Shown: positions 8,647 through 19,246, counted from the stretch's first letter. The stretch: DNA of 64,000 nt from Candidatus Bathyarchaeia archaeon (GCA_038883655.1 JAVZLQ010000001.1:288001-352000); one strand, 5' to 3'. The notes: generated from the letters alone by a model not told the origin. Program-made: numbers and translations.

Positions 8647-10263
8647 TCATTTTGTTAACACTTCTTTAAGCCATGCTATAACTGCTTTGTCCCGCCTTTT
8701 CTTTGCGCTAAAATGCCTAAACCTAACATTCTTTTCAAGGCAAATTTTCCTGCAGACATTCAAAATTGCTTTATCCCAATTTTCCTCGTCATTAAGGAGC
8801 AAAACCGCCTTATAATCCATGCGTCTTACATACTCTCCAACTTGGCTTGCCACGTACTCCTTCATTTCCTTGTCTGGCGGAAAAACAGTTTCATGCTGCG
8901 AAAGCGGGTAAACCTCATCGAGCTCTATTGGAACGACGCCAAAAGGAGCAGCGTAAACACAGATGTGAATTTCCTTTACGCTTTGCCCCATATTTGCAAC
9001 AAGTTTCAGTGTCTCTTTCACTTCTTCAGCTTTGTGGAATGGCTTTGCTTGCGTCATGGGCAAAAGCAAGAGAGCTTTTGCCGCTTCTGGTTTCGAATAG
9101 CGCTCAGCCATGCGCATCCTATGTCTAACAACTTCTGGTCTTGAAAGCCCCAAAGAACTGCAGAAGAATAGTCCGCTTTTCTTCACGGTAGGCGCTTGTT
9201 TCTCGATAAATGTTTCATAAAGCCTCAATCTTTTAAGTGCTTGAAGAAGGGATGGGTGTCCATGCGCCCTCATCTCTAAATGTTCCCAAAGTTTACCGTA
9301 ACGTATGGCTTGTTTTATGCGCTTAAGTTCCGAAAGGCAAACATAAAGGTTATGTTCGGCAAGGAACATTTCCCTCTCCTTCTTGGGTTTTTCCAAGATT
9401 TCTTTCGGTGTTTTTGTGGAGCACTTTGGGCATGCACATGGAAAATATTCAAGTTCGTTAAGCTTCCATGTGCCCGCTTCCGTCATGTAACGGTTTTCTC
9501 TGGCGTATATGGCGTATGCAGCAGAATCAAAAAGGTCGCATCCAAGCGCAACAGCCAACGAGAACATCATTGGATGCCCAGCGCCGAATAGGTGAAGAGG
9601 ATTATCAATGGGCAAATTAATTTTCGCGGTCATAATCATATCGACAAGAACGTCGAAACGATAGCGCTCCATAACCTCTGTTGGGCTTCCCAAAGCATAA
9701 ATGTGGAACGGAAGCTTTCCCATCTCAACGGCTGACTCCGCAACAAGCTCCAAGTATTTTCCACCTTGAACTGGTCCAACCCAAAGAATGTCTTCGCGAG
9801 TTTTAACCTTGAAAAGTTCTTTAGCCCTCTTCAGCGTCTCCTTCACGGTTCTTTCTGCAACTTTTCCTGAAACTTTCCAGCCTGTTGGCAAGTCAAGTAT
9901 CGTGGCAATATCAGTGCCGATGCGCTCTTGGTATTCAATAATTTCTTTTGGAGTTACCTCTATGTCTCCATAAACGAGGATTTGGTAGGCGCCAGAATCA
10001 GTCATTATGACACCGTCATAATCTAGGAATTTGTGCAATCCTCCTTCTGCTGGTTTGTTTTGGAAGTGTTTTTGGAGTATGTAAGCGTTTGTTATTAGGG
10101 CTTCAAAGCCCATCTCCCTAATTTTCCGTGGAGGTATCGGTTGTACAACAGGGTTTATCACTGGAAAAAGAAGCGGCGTCTCAACAGTGCCGCTTTTGGT
10201 TTTTAATTTTCCAATTCTTGCAAGTAAGTCCTTCTCTTTAACCTCGAAAGCCATAACTTGCAA
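8647..10263 (-). CDS. tgtA: Archaeosine tRNA-guanine(15) transglycosylase, no PUA domain evident
   Basis: ETP..FPV, MTDSGAYQ, HLFGAGHP, GCDLFDSAAY, CxCxxC...HNL Zn site. Confidence 0.95.
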   Translation of the reverse strand: MQVMAFEVKEKDLLARIGKLKTKSGTVETPLLFPVINPVVQPIPPRKIREMGFEALITNAYILQKHFQNKPAEGGLHKFLDYDGVIMTDSGAYQILVYGDIEVTPKEIIEYQERIGTDIATILDLPTGWKVSGKVAERTVKETLKRAKELFKVKTREDILWVGPVQGGKYLELVAESAVEMGKLPFHIYALGSPTEVMERYRFDVLVDMIMTAKINLPIDNPLHLFGAGHPMMFSLAVALGCDLFDSAAYAIYARENRYMTEAGTWKLNELEYFPCACPKCSTKTPKEILEKPKKEREMFLAEHNLYVCLSELKRIKQAIRYGKLWEHLEMRAHGHPSLLQALKRLRLYETFIEKQAPTVKKSGLFFCSSLGLSRPEVVRHRMRMAERYSKPEAAKALLLLPMTQAKPFHKAEEVKETLKLVANMGQSVKEIHICVYAAPFGVVPIELDEVYPLSQHETVFPPDKEMKEYVASQVGEYVRRMDYKAVLLLNDEENWDKAILNVCRKICLEKNVRFRHFSAKKRRDKAVIAWLKEVLTK

Positions 10264-10344
10264 CCTTAAACAGAATCAGCTAAACACACTTATATCGCAT
10301 TTTCTTTAAATCACCCCTAAACGCGTTCTGGAAGTGCCATAAGC

Positions 10345-11097
10345 ATGGTTTGCAACATACAAATCTACGAAAAGCCAAAGTTAAATGACCCAATCTTAAT
10401 TGAGGGCTTGCCAGGGATAGGGTTTGTAGCAAACATCGCCGCATTGCATCTAATACACGAGTTGAAGGCTAAACTTTTCGCTGAGGTTGTCTCCGACGCC
10501 TTCCAAGACTTGGCTGTAACCACAGAAACTGGTGGAGCCCGCTCCCCAATAAACGAGCTGTATTACTGTAAGAGGGAGGACGGTGGGCGCGACCTAATAA
10601 TTTGGTATGGCAACACCCAGGCCTTAACAACTTTTGGACAGTATGAACTCTGCGGTCGCATTTTAGACCTTGCACAAGAGCTTGACTGCCGCTTAATCAT
10701 CACTTTAGGTGGCTTCAAAATCGAAGAGGCAAAGGCGACGCCGCAAGTTTATTGCGCAGCCACGGATGCCGAAACTTTAAACGAAGTTCTAAGTCTTGGC
10801 GCCAAGACTATGGTTGGTCAGATATTTGGCGTCGCTGGGGTTCTAATAGGCTTGGGGAGGCTTAAAGGACTTAAGGGCTTTTCGCTTCTTGTTGAAACTT
10901 TAGGCACTTACCCTGACGCTAATGCCACACGCTATGCGTTATCCGTGTTGAATAATTTTCTTAAATTGAATGTCGACATGTCAAGGCTGGATTTGGCTGC
11001 AGAAAAAACACAGAAAATACTTGAATCTTTCGGTATAATCAGAACCATTAAGGAAGAACGCAAAAAGGAAGAGCAGCCATTTCGCTGGTTCGTCTAA
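10345..11097 (+). CDS. PAC2-family proteasome assembly chaperone
   Basis: IEGLPGIGFVA, ITLGG, IFGVAGVL, ET.G.YPD. Confidence 0.9.
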   Translation: MVCNIQIYEKPKLNDPILIEGLPGIGFVANIAALHLIHELKAKLFAEVVSDAFQDLAVTTETGGARSPINELYYCKREDGGRDLIIWYGNTQALTTFGQYELCGRILDLAQELDCRLIITLGGFKIEEAKATPQVYCAATDAETLNEVLSLGAKTMVGQIFGVAGVLIGLGRLKGLKGFSLLVETLGTYPDANATRYALSVLNNFLKLNVDMSRLDLAAEKTQKILESFGIIRTIKEERKKEEQPFRWFV

Positions 11098-13205
11098 TCC
11101 CGAACTTCATAAAAGCTCCTTATTTCATTAATTATCTTCTCTAAGCTCGCGTGCGGCTTCATTCCTTCCCTCCAATCTCTTGGAAGCTTTCTTCGAAAGT
11201 TCCCAGCTGCGCGGCCATCCATAAGGATGATTATTCCCCTATCTTCTGGGCTTCGTATGAGCCTTCCGGCAGACTGTGCCAAGGCATTTAAACATGGTAT
11301 CTCATTGGCGTATTCCATAGCTTTTTCTCCAAATTTTTCCATAAAATACTTGTAAAGCGCTTCTTGCAACTCGGTTTTCTTTGGGTATGGCAACCCGACA
11401 ATAACGACAGCTGAAAGCATGCTTCGCCCTTCCATGGTCATGTCGACGCCTTCGCTTATTTTGCCCCTAGCCACACCGAAAATCACGCATTTCCCGTTTT
11501 CCCTCAAAAACCGTAGCACATCCAGAATCTTTGTCCGCTTTTCTTCGGCCATGACTGGGAAGTTAAACTTTGTGATTTTCAGAATTTCTTTCATTATCTC
11601 GTAGGATGGGAAATAAACAGCTATGTTTCCATCAACTTCCGCGGTTATACGCGTCAAGTGCGCCGAAATTTTTCTCCATTGCTCTTCGTTGCGTTCTTCA
11701 AACTTTGTTGTAACTGCCCTATCTACTATTATGAGCCTATTTTCGGGTGAGAATGGACTTGGAAGCTCCATGGTTTCACAGCGACTTCTCTCTAATCCCA
11801 AAACGTCAATGTAATAGTCCATGTGCCACAACGTTCCAGACATAAGTATGGCTGAACGCAAATCATTAATCACACCCGCGGCTAAAGCTGAGTCGAGACA
11901 CTTAACTCCTAACCTTACGCGTTTTCTCTCATTCTTTACGCTTTCAACTTTCACGTACCTTACATAACATGAGCCGGTAACGCTTACAAAGTTTGATAGG
12001 AATTCTGCGCATCTGAAAGTGTATGAAACTGGGTTTCTACCCATTTCAGCCCTTTTCAAGCGGACGGTTTCGCCGACATCCGCAAGCTCGGAGATAATCT
12101 CCAAAAGTCTGTTGGTATTTACATTCAAGCCCTTAAGCAGAGCATTAATGAATTCCTCTCTTTCAATAACGTGTTCAACATCAAGTCCATAATCTCTGTA
12201 CACCTTTTTCCCAAGCTGCACCATAACCTTGCGCAGCACTTCAAGAAAACCATGGTCTTCTAAACTGAAGTATGCGATTTCCCTTTGTGCCCTCATCACA
12301 GAAGTTGTGGATAACTCGTCGGACATCAAGCCAGCAGCATAATATGGTAGGCTGTGCGCTTCATCGAATACGCAGTTTATTTTTTCGGTTTTTATTCCAG
12401 CCCTACCGAGAATTGAGCCTCTGATGGCGTCAACGAGTATGTAGTTGTAATTGCCGATGATTACGTCCGCATGTCTTGTTAGAATCCTCGTAACCTCATA
12501 CGGACAAAGTTCCTCATCCCTGCAGATGTTGTAAACCTCTTCTGGAAGCAATGGTCCAACACTTTTTATTTTACTGACAACATTTTGGGCTAGCCAGCTT
12601 GGCTTCCAAGCGCTATAAACCCTATCGTAAAATTTGCAAGTTTCCCCGAATATGCCACCCTTTAAACCTTTGCAGTAATGCAAAAAATCACGGTAGCTGA
12701 TGTCCTTAAGCCTTTGATTTTCAAGTGCTTGTGGGCACATTTCTTTTTTACTTTTGAAAACCGATGCTGCAACGCTCATGTTACATTTTTCTTTTATGCA
12801 CTTGAGCTCTCTGCAATAGATTTCAAGCTGATTCTTCGTCCTCGTTAGGACGAGAAGTCTCCCAACAGCGTCGTTTGAGCTCTTAGCCATGAGGAAAGCT
12901 GTTAAAACGGAGATCGACTTTCCAGTTCCGCATGGTGAAGAAAGCAAACCTATTTTTCCATTTCTGAAAATGTTGAAGGCAAATTTTATGGCGTTAAGCT
13001 GGAAAGGGCGAAAATTTTGGTATGGAAAGAATTCCATGACAAAATCTTCAAAATCAGCGCTGCTTCTCCCCTCAGAAGCTGAATCTAAAACCCTTCTCAG
13101 CAATGTTCCACACTTTGCGCAGAAGTGACTTTTCTGATATTCCTCAACCGAGTATTTTTCACCACACTTTCGGCAGACGAATAGTGCTTCAGCCATAATA
13201 ATCAT
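11094..13205 (-). CDS. xpd: XPD/Rad3-family Fe-S DNA helicase with N-terminal Zn ribbon
   Basis: FRPFQ Q-motif, SPCGTGKS, four Fe-S Cys, DEAH, SGTL, SEGVD, QSAGRLIRSPEDRG. Confidence 0.92.
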   Translation of the reverse strand: MIIMAEALFVCRKCGEKYSVEEYQKSHFCAKCGTLLRRVLDSASEGRSSADFEDFVMEFFPYQNFRPFQLNAIKFAFNIFRNGKIGLLSSPCGTGKSISVLTAFLMAKSSNDAVGRLLVLTRTKNQLEIYCRELKCIKEKCNMSVAASVFKSKKEMCPQALENQRLKDISYRDFLHYCKGLKGGIFGETCKFYDRVYSAWKPSWLAQNVVSKIKSVGPLLPEEVYNICRDEELCPYEVTRILTRHADVIIGNYNYILVDAIRGSILGRAGIKTEKINCVFDEAHSLPYYAAGLMSDELSTTSVMRAQREIAYFSLEDHGFLEVLRKVMVQLGKKVYRDYGLDVEHVIEREEFINALLKGLNVNTNRLLEIISELADVGETVRLKRAEMGRNPVSYTFRCAEFLSNFVSVTGSCYVRYVKVESVKNERKRVRLGVKCLDSALAAGVINDLRSAILMSGTLWHMDYYIDVLGLERSRCETMELPSPFSPENRLIIVDRAVTTKFEERNEEQWRKISAHLTRITAEVDGNIAVYFPSYEIMKEILKITKFNFPVMAEEKRTKILDVLRFLRENGKCVIFGVARGKISEGVDMTMEGRSMLSAVVIVGLPYPKKTELQEALYKYFMEKFGEKAMEYANEIPCLNALAQSAGRLIRSPEDRGIIILMDGRAAGNFRRKLPRDWREGMKPHASLEKIINEIRSFYEVRD

Positions 13206-13257
13206 TCTTTGCCTTTACCTTAAATGAGAAAAGAGAAGGTGAAGAGGCATTTAATTG

Positions 13258-13701
13258 TTATTGCCCCTTTATTTCGCTGACAAACTGCTCGTAAACCTTC
13301 TGCACACGTTCCGCTGCTGGACCAGAACCCTCCACAACACCTTTTTCTGTTACTTTAACCTTGTCCATTACCCAGATGAACCCCTTATCCTCGTAAAGCT
13401 TAACCATTGTTGGAAAAACCTTTTCAAGACGGTCAGCCAAGGCTCGTAAATCGAATGGTTTTTCCACGCTTAGTATTTGGGCAACCACGCTTCCGTTTAG
13501 GAAAACTCTGTGCAGAACTTTTCCCTCTTCGTCCTTTGCTTCAGCTAAGACGAGGCTTAGGTTGTCGGGGTTAATCCCTATCAACGTTCCATTATAAGTC
13601 TTTCCAGTAGTTGTTGAAACAATCACAGTCCTATCAACAAGCGCCGCTACTTCCGTGAAGAACTTTCTCTGCGCCACAGACAACTCCCTAACCTCCTTCA
13701 C
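13258..13701 (-). CDS. Sm-like archaeal protein, SmAP3 type (Lsm plus C-terminal domain)
   Basis: Sm1/Sm2 fold (GKTYNGTLIG...LSLVL..A; FLNGS.V) plus a C-terminal V...GV.EGSGP.AERV domain typical of SmAP3. Confidence 0.85.
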   Translation of the reverse strand: MKEVRELSVAQRKFFTEVAALVDRTVIVSTTTGKTYNGTLIGINPDNLSLVLAEAKDEEGKVLHRVFLNGSVVAQILSVEKPFDLRALADRLEKVFPTMVKLYEDKGFIWVMDKVKVTEKGVVEGSGPAAERVQKVYEQFVSEIKGQ

Positions 13702-13732
13702 ACTACGAAATTGCTGAACAACTATTTAGAAT

Positions 13733-15028
13733 TTAACAAATAAACAATATATTAGATGATCTTCTTTCAACATCTTGCTTAGCAAGCACGATGGTGTTGG
13801 ATGGCAAATCTCTACCAACCACCACGTTTGGTCCAACCCAAGTATTTACGCCAACCTTCACGCCGGGCATGAAAAGCGCGTTTATCCCAGTCTTAACGTT
13901 ATCGCCTAAAACTGCCCCAAGCTTCCTCCTCCCAGTATCAACGACCTCTCCCTTAACCATCATCTTAACGGTTTCTCCGTCAAGCCTATAGTTCGCCGTT
14001 ATTGTGCCCGCGCCCAAATTGCAGTTCTCACCGATTATGCTGTCGCCAACATAAGACAAATGGCCAATGTGAACCCTGTCCATTATTATGCTATTCTTTA
14101 TTTCGCAAGCATTTCCTATGCGAACACCTTTTCCAATGCTTGTGTAGGGGCGAATGTAACAGTTAGGTCCTATGTCACTTTCTTCGTCGATAAAGACTGG
14201 GCCTTCAATGTATGCTCCCGAGCGTATACGTGCATTTTCCGCTACTGTTACTGGGCCTATAAGATGCGCGCCCTCTTCAATGTTTCCCAGAACCTTGTGT
14301 TCCATTCGCGTTAAAATCCAGCAATTTGCCTCAAGCAAGTCCCACGGTCTTCCTACGTCCATCCATTCTTCCTTCGGAATTTTTGCCGCAAGCACGTTCT
14401 TTTTCTCTTTAAGCAAAAGTGATACCGCGTCTGTTATTTCCCACTCGCCTCTAACAGAGGCTGAAGTTTCTCTTATCTTTTCAAAGATTTCGGTTGAAAG
14501 CACGTATATTCCAGCATTAGCCAAATCTGTAGACACTTCGCCTCTTTTCGGTTTTTCAAAAAGCTTCTTCACTTTACCTTCGTCATCTAGCTCTACCATG
14601 CCATAGTTTTCGGGGTTTTCAACTGGAACAACAGCCATCACGGCAGAAATGCTTTCCCCACTCCTATATACGTTAAGAACTTTGCTTACGGCTTCTTTAG
14701 AGAAGAGTAAGTCGCCATAAACGAGCAGAAAATCCCCATCCACGTGCGGTTCAGCAACGCTTACCGCGTTGCCAGTTCCAAGCACATCCTTTTGCTCAGC
14801 ATATTCAATTTTTAATCCAAAATTTTCTCCGTAGCTAAAGTATTTGCGGATGACGTCTCCCATGTAATGGGTAACGATTAAGGCTTCATCTATTCCATGG
14901 GCTTTCAAAGCGTTTAAACAATGCTCGAGTAGTGGTTTTCCGCCAACCTTTATCATATGTTTCGGTCTTGTCAATGTGATTGGCTGGAGCCTAATACCTT
15001 CTCCAGCAGCTAGAATAACTGCCTTCAT
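13733..15028 (-). CDS. glmU: Bifunctional sugar-1-phosphate nucleotidyltransferase/acetyltransferase (archaeal GlmU)
   Basis: LAAGEG.RL.P.T..RPK, hexapeptide repeats, HLSYVGDS, NLGAGTITAN; adjacent to glmM. Confidence 0.9.
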   Translation of the reverse strand: MKAVILAAGEGIRLQPITLTRPKHMIKVGGKPLLEHCLNALKAHGIDEALIVTHYMGDVIRKYFSYGENFGLKIEYAEQKDVLGTGNAVSVAEPHVDGDFLLVYGDLLFSKEAVSKVLNVYRSGESISAVMAVVPVENPENYGMVELDDEGKVKKLFEKPKRGEVSTDLANAGIYVLSTEIFEKIRETSASVRGEWEITDAVSLLLKEKKNVLAAKIPKEEWMDVGRPWDLLEANCWILTRMEHKVLGNIEEGAHLIGPVTVAENARIRSGAYIEGPVFIDEESDIGPNCYIRPYTSIGKGVRIGNACEIKNSIIMDRVHIGHLSYVGDSIIGENCNLGAGTITANYRLDGETVKMMVKGEVVDTGRRKLGAVLGDNVKTGINALFMPGVKVGVNTWVGPNVVVGRDLPSNTIVLAKQDVERRSSNILFIC

Positions 15029-16401
15029 TTTCCCATCCCAGCAACCAGCCTCCTAATGACTACAATGCCCTCCTTCATTATCTCCTTTGCATTTTTTAAC
15101 GATTTGCCCTCCACGGTCAACCTTATGAGGGGCTCCGTGCCAGAAGCCCTAACCAAAATCCACCCTTCCGGAAGAGTTAGGCGAACACCATCAACCGTGG
15201 ACAAATCATTATACCTTGGAAACACCATCGTTAAATGCTTGGTTGCCTCTGCAACAACCGTATGTTTCACTTTATTTTCACAAGCAACACTTTTTCTGAT
15301 AACAACATATTTTGGCACTTCAGCAACGAAATCCGATAAATTTTTGTTTGAATCTTCCAAAGCCTTCAAAAGTAGCGCAGAAGACAAAATTCCATCTGGG
15401 CAGTAATGAAATTGTGGATGTATCCATGCCCCACATGGCTCCCCGCCAAAAATAGCCTTGTATCGCCTTATTGCCTCCACAATGTATATGTCGCCAACCT
15501 TTGTCCTAACAACCTCTCCACCAGCTGCTTCAACTATTTCATCAATACACATTGAAGCCTCAACATTAGTCACAAAAGCGCCACCACCATTTTTCCTCAC
15601 GATATACGCGGCATAAGCCGCCAAAACACGGTCAAAATCTACAAAACAGCCCTCCTCGTCAACAAAAGCCACCCTATCACCATCACCGTCATAGGCTATG
15701 CCTAAATCCGCTTTTAATTCATGGACAATATTGGCGAGTGGCTTCAAGGACTCATCGTCCGGCTCTGGGCTTCTCGCGGGAAAGAACCCGTCCGGCTGCG
15801 CGTTTATTGCCGTTACTTTACAGCCCAAAGCCCTAAAAATTGTGGGTGCACAACTGTAAGTTGCTCCACATCCAGCATCAACAACTACATGCCACTTCCT
15901 GCGCAGCTTTATAGCCTTGCACAACGTCTCCACGTAACTTTTACTCTCGTCAACATCCACGATCTTGCCAATCTTTTGCCAGTCAGAGAAAAAGAAACTT
16001 TCTTTTCTAATCAATTTTTCAATTTCGCCCTGTCTCTTCTCGCTGTACGAGGCACCGTCTTTGTCGAAGACTTTTATGCCGTTGTATTGAGGCGGGTTAT
16101 GCGAAGCTGTTATCATAATCCCCGCGTCAGCCTTCAAATGTTTGGTTAGATAGGCTAGCGTTGGTGTTGGCAGAACACCCAAGCGGTAGACGTCTGCACC
16201 TCCGGCTAAAATTCCCGAAACTAGTGCGTTTTCAATCATTAGCCCAGAAACCCTTGTGTCTCTCGCCACAAGTACCTTTTTTGCCTTGCTAAAGTTCGCA
16301 ATTGCCAAGCCAACTTTAACCGCCAGCATCGGCGTCAAATCAACGTTGGCTATTCCTCGAATTCCGGAACTGCCGAACAACTTCGCTTCCACAGTTTTCA
16401 C
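15025..16401 (-). CDS. glmM: Phosphoglucosamine mutase
   Basis: FGSSGIRG, TASHNP, DGDGDR, RASGTEP. Confidence 0.88.
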   Translation of the reverse strand: MKTVEAKLFGSSGIRGIANVDLTPMLAVKVGLAIANFSKAKKVLVARDTRVSGLMIENALVSGILAGGADVYRLGVLPTPTLAYLTKHLKADAGIMITASHNPPQYNGIKVFDKDGASYSEKRQGEIEKLIRKESFFFSDWQKIGKIVDVDESKSYVETLCKAIKLRRKWHVVVDAGCGATYSCAPTIFRALGCKVTAINAQPDGFFPARSPEPDDESLKPLANIVHELKADLGIAYDGDGDRVAFVDEEGCFVDFDRVLAAYAAYIVRKNGGGAFVTNVEASMCIDEIVEAAGGEVVRTKVGDIYIVEAIRRYKAIFGGEPCGAWIHPQFHYCPDGILSSALLLKALEDSNKNLSDFVAEVPKYVVIRKSVACENKVKHTVVAEATKHLTMVFPRYNDLSTVDGVRLTLPEGWILVRASGTEPLIRLTVEGKSLKNAKEIMKEGIVVIRRLVAGMGK

Positions 16402-16463
16402 CTAGGCAGCTCTTTATGGTTAAAATCAGAATTTCCTTAAATAGTTATGCAGTGAAAATGCGG

Positions 16464-17555
16464 TTAACACTCTTTTTGGAACTTTTCACAGAATCTTAAA
16501 AGCTGCTTCCTTGTCGGGTGTCTTCCATCAACGCTTGAAATGTAGTAGGCAGCAACAGCATTAGCCAATATCAATCGAGCTTCATCTGAAAGGTCGGAGG
16601 CATACCCAAAAATGTTACCGGCATTCCAAGCGTCACCAGCACCCGTAGCTCTTAAAACTTTAACTTTAAAAGCTGGAACGGTAACCATTTTCCTGTTCGC
16701 AAACGTGGCTGAAAACAGTGTGGTGTGCAAGTCCACCCTAGCTGAAATCTTTGACGCCAAAATTTTCGCGGATTCTCTGGCTAGTTCTTCGATTTCTAAA
16801 CCCTTTTTTGTGCTTTTCAGGGGCTTATCGGCTACTTGTTTTGCGTAGCAAATTGCCTCGTTCTCGTTGACGCTTAATGTGTCCAAATCTCTGCTTCGTA
16901 AAACTCTTTTCACCAGTTTTGGAATTTTCTCCTTGTTTGGTGTGGGGTCTGCAGTGTCATAATATGTTTTGCCCTTGCCACATTTCTTTACGTAATGGAA
17001 AATTCTTTCTGCAAGTTCTGTTCCGAAGCGTCTTGTTCCAGCCCAGTTGAAAACACACACGTAATCTGCATCTCTAATCGCTTCAAAGTCCTTTTCGTTT
17101 AATTGTTGTGGGCTGAAGTCAGCTAGTGAACCTAAATCCCTAAGCATAATGTTTGCTTTGCCGCTTTCGTTCTTTAATTCAAGAGCTGTTGTTGTTGAAG
17201 GTCTTTTACATGTTTTTATGTGCGATAAGTCAACGTTAAGCCTCTTAAAATGAAATTTTAGAAGGTGTGCTCCAAGCTTGGTTGTGCAGATTATTGGTGT
17301 GACTCGTGCACCGAGGCTGGCTAGAGCTGATGCCGTATTTGCGGCATTTCCACCCCTAAAATCTGCTTGTTTAATGTTGTCTATGCTGCCGCCTTTTCTA
17401 TTAGCAACAGCTTCGACTTCTGCTGAAAACTTTTTCGAGTCTTTTTCTAGGTAAATTAGGCGATCTAGGAAAAAGTCTGGCATGACAACCACGTTTAGCC
17501 CGCTGAAATCGTTTCTGAGGCACTCTACAACCTCTTTCAGGGCGTCAGCATACAC
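16464..17555 (-). CDS. PfkB-family carbohydrate kinase
   Basis: GGNAANTA..LA.LG and ATGAGDAWNAG. Confidence 0.85.
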   Translation of the reverse strand: MYADALKEVVECLRNDFSGLNVVVMPDFFLDRLIYLEKDSKKFSAEVEAVANRKGGSIDNIKQADFRGGNAANTASALASLGARVTPIICTTKLGAHLLKFHFKRLNVDLSHIKTCKRPSTTTALELKNESGKANIMLRDLGSLADFSPQQLNEKDFEAIRDADYVCVFNWAGTRRFGTELAERIFHYVKKCGKGKTYYDTADPTPNKEKIPKLVKRVLRSRDLDTLSVNENEAICYAKQVADKPLKSTKKGLEIEELARESAKILASKISARVDLHTTLFSATFANRKMVTVPAFKVKVLRATGAGDAWNAGNIFGYASDLSDEARLILANAVAAYYISSVDGRHPTRKQLLRFCEKFQKEC

Positions 17556-17653
17556 TTTGTCTCACCATGAATGATAATGGACGCTAAACGTAGATAACAC
17601 TTATTAGAAAACTCTACGAATAAGGCATTCCTAACAGCTTAATACAAAAGTGG

Positions 17654-18397
17654 TTGCTGCGCATCATGCAGTCCAAAAAGGTTTTCTTTGCCTCCTTCAT
17701 AATAATCGGGTTTGCAATGAAAATCCTAGCAGAGTTTGTACACGAAGTTCTTGGGCATTCACTTTTCGTTGTATTGTTTGGTGGTGAAATAACAAATCTA
17801 TACATAAGCGTATTATGGCCATACGATTTCTCTTATGTTTTCTGGAACTTACCAAATGCCACGCCAACTCAACTTGCGTGGATTTATGCAAGTGGAATAG
17901 TTGTCTGCCTAATTCTTTCTTTTCTGATTCAAGCCTTCCTAATCCTAAAAAGAGGTTTTCAGTTTCATTTTGAAATAGCCCTTTTCTGGCTTGCCTTCTG
18001 GACTCTTTTAAGTTCTTCTGGTTATCTACTGATTGGCGGCTTGACGCCGTTCAGCGATGTAAGTGCGCTTATTGAGTTGGGGGTTTTGTCGGGTATTTCC
18101 TCTGCACTTCTCGGGCTTGTAGTTTTTGTCATTGGTTTTGTACTGTTGTCTGCGGTTCTTCGTAGGATATTGTTTGGGGTTTTTTCCGCGAAGAGGGCAA
18201 TGTTGGGCGTTGCTGTTTTTTGGCTTATAATCCCATTTTTGGTGGTTGTTATGGTTTTTAGTCCCGAGAGAAATCTGAATTTGGTTTATTTGCCTTTGGC
18301 TTTCGTTCCAGCTTTAACTTCATTTCTTATGGAACGTTTCATTTTTGCCTCAAAGCACGAAGTCGATGCATGTCCAGATTATGTCTCCGATGAATAA
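17654..18397 (+). CDS. Multi-TM protein with HExxGH, M50-like metallopeptidase
   Basis: FVHEVLGH in a hydrophobic helix, 6-7 TM segments, downstream SD motif. Confidence 0.6.
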   Translation: MLRIMQSKKVFFASFIIIGFAMKILAEFVHEVLGHSLFVVLFGGEITNLYISVLWPYDFSYVFWNLPNATPTQLAWIYASGIVVCLILSFLIQAFLILKRGFQFHFEIALFWLAFWTLLSSSGYLLIGGLTPFSDVSALIELGVLSGISSALLGLVVFVIGFVLLSAVLRRILFGVFSAKRAMLGVAVFWLIIPFLVVVMVFSPERNLNLVYLPLAFVPALTSFLMERFIFASKHEVDACPDYVSDE

Positions 18398-19162
18398 GCC
18401 TATTATCAAACCAGCTGTGATGAAAATTAGCATTGGCAATCCGGGCGTGGCCCAAACAGTGCCTTGAATTTTTCCAGAGTTGGCAGCTCTTTCCAGTCTT
18501 TCTATTATAGCGCTTCTTTCCTCATCCTTTGGTATTACCACGAGTTTTCGCTTGAACCCTTCAGCGTTTTCTTCAACGTCTTCCATTGGGTATAGATGCC
18601 ATTTTTCCTTAAGTTTTTGGATTGGCATTTTGTAGCTTGTTACTAGGACGAGAATTTTCTTTCCAGCAGATTCACCCTTAAACTCTTCGAAAAGTTTTTT
18701 GCCGCCCTTTTTGTGCCATGCAATGTTGTAGAGGAGCATGTAGATTGCCGTGGCTGCCGCTAATAGGACTGAGTTGTTGAAAACTGTTAGTGGGAAGAAG
18801 GTTCTTGCTATTGGCGAGATTTCCTTAAAGATCGGTGTGAAAATGTTTTGTGGGTAGAATGGTAGTGCAAGCGCTAGGCACATAAGGGCTTTTGCGTCTG
18901 CACCTCCAAAACCTCCAGCGTAAAAGAGTATTATGGCGAGAGCTGCTGTTAAACCGAAGGATAAGCCATAAAATTGAAGCACTTGAAAATCTTCGTAGAT
19001 GACCAGTTCAGTAATGGTTAATGCGAATGCTAGTGGCGCATAGAATATCCAGACGCTGTTGCTTACTTCGCGCGTTTTATAGTCGCTCCATGAAGCGTAA
19101 AATAGGAAAAACAAGCTTATGGCAGTTCTTGTTATGCTGAATAGTTCTTGCAAGGCGCACAC
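18350..19162 (-). CDS. Prepilin/class III signal peptidase (A24, PibD/FlaK-like)
   Basis: SWSD.K.REV, FGGADAKAL, C-terminal VWATPGLPM. Confidence 0.92.
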   Translation of the reverse strand: MCALQELFSITRTAISLFFLFYASWSDYKTREVSNSVWIFYAPLAFALTITELVIYEDFQVLQFYGLSFGLTAALAIILFYAGGFGGADAKALMCLALALPFYPQNIFTPIFKEISPIARTFFPLTVFNNSVLLAAATAIYMLLYNIAWHKKGGKKLFEEFKGESAGKKILVLVTSYKMPIQKLKEKWHLYPMEDVEENAEGFKRKLVVIPKDEERSAIIERLERAANSGKIQGTVWATPGLPMLIFITAGLIIGLFIGDIIWTCIDFVL

Positions 19163-19246
19163 CGCTGGATAATAATCTGATTTTGGTTTTGTTAACGGTT
19201 AAAATAGAATTGAGGGATAAGTTCTAAAATGTTTCTGAGAAACTGG

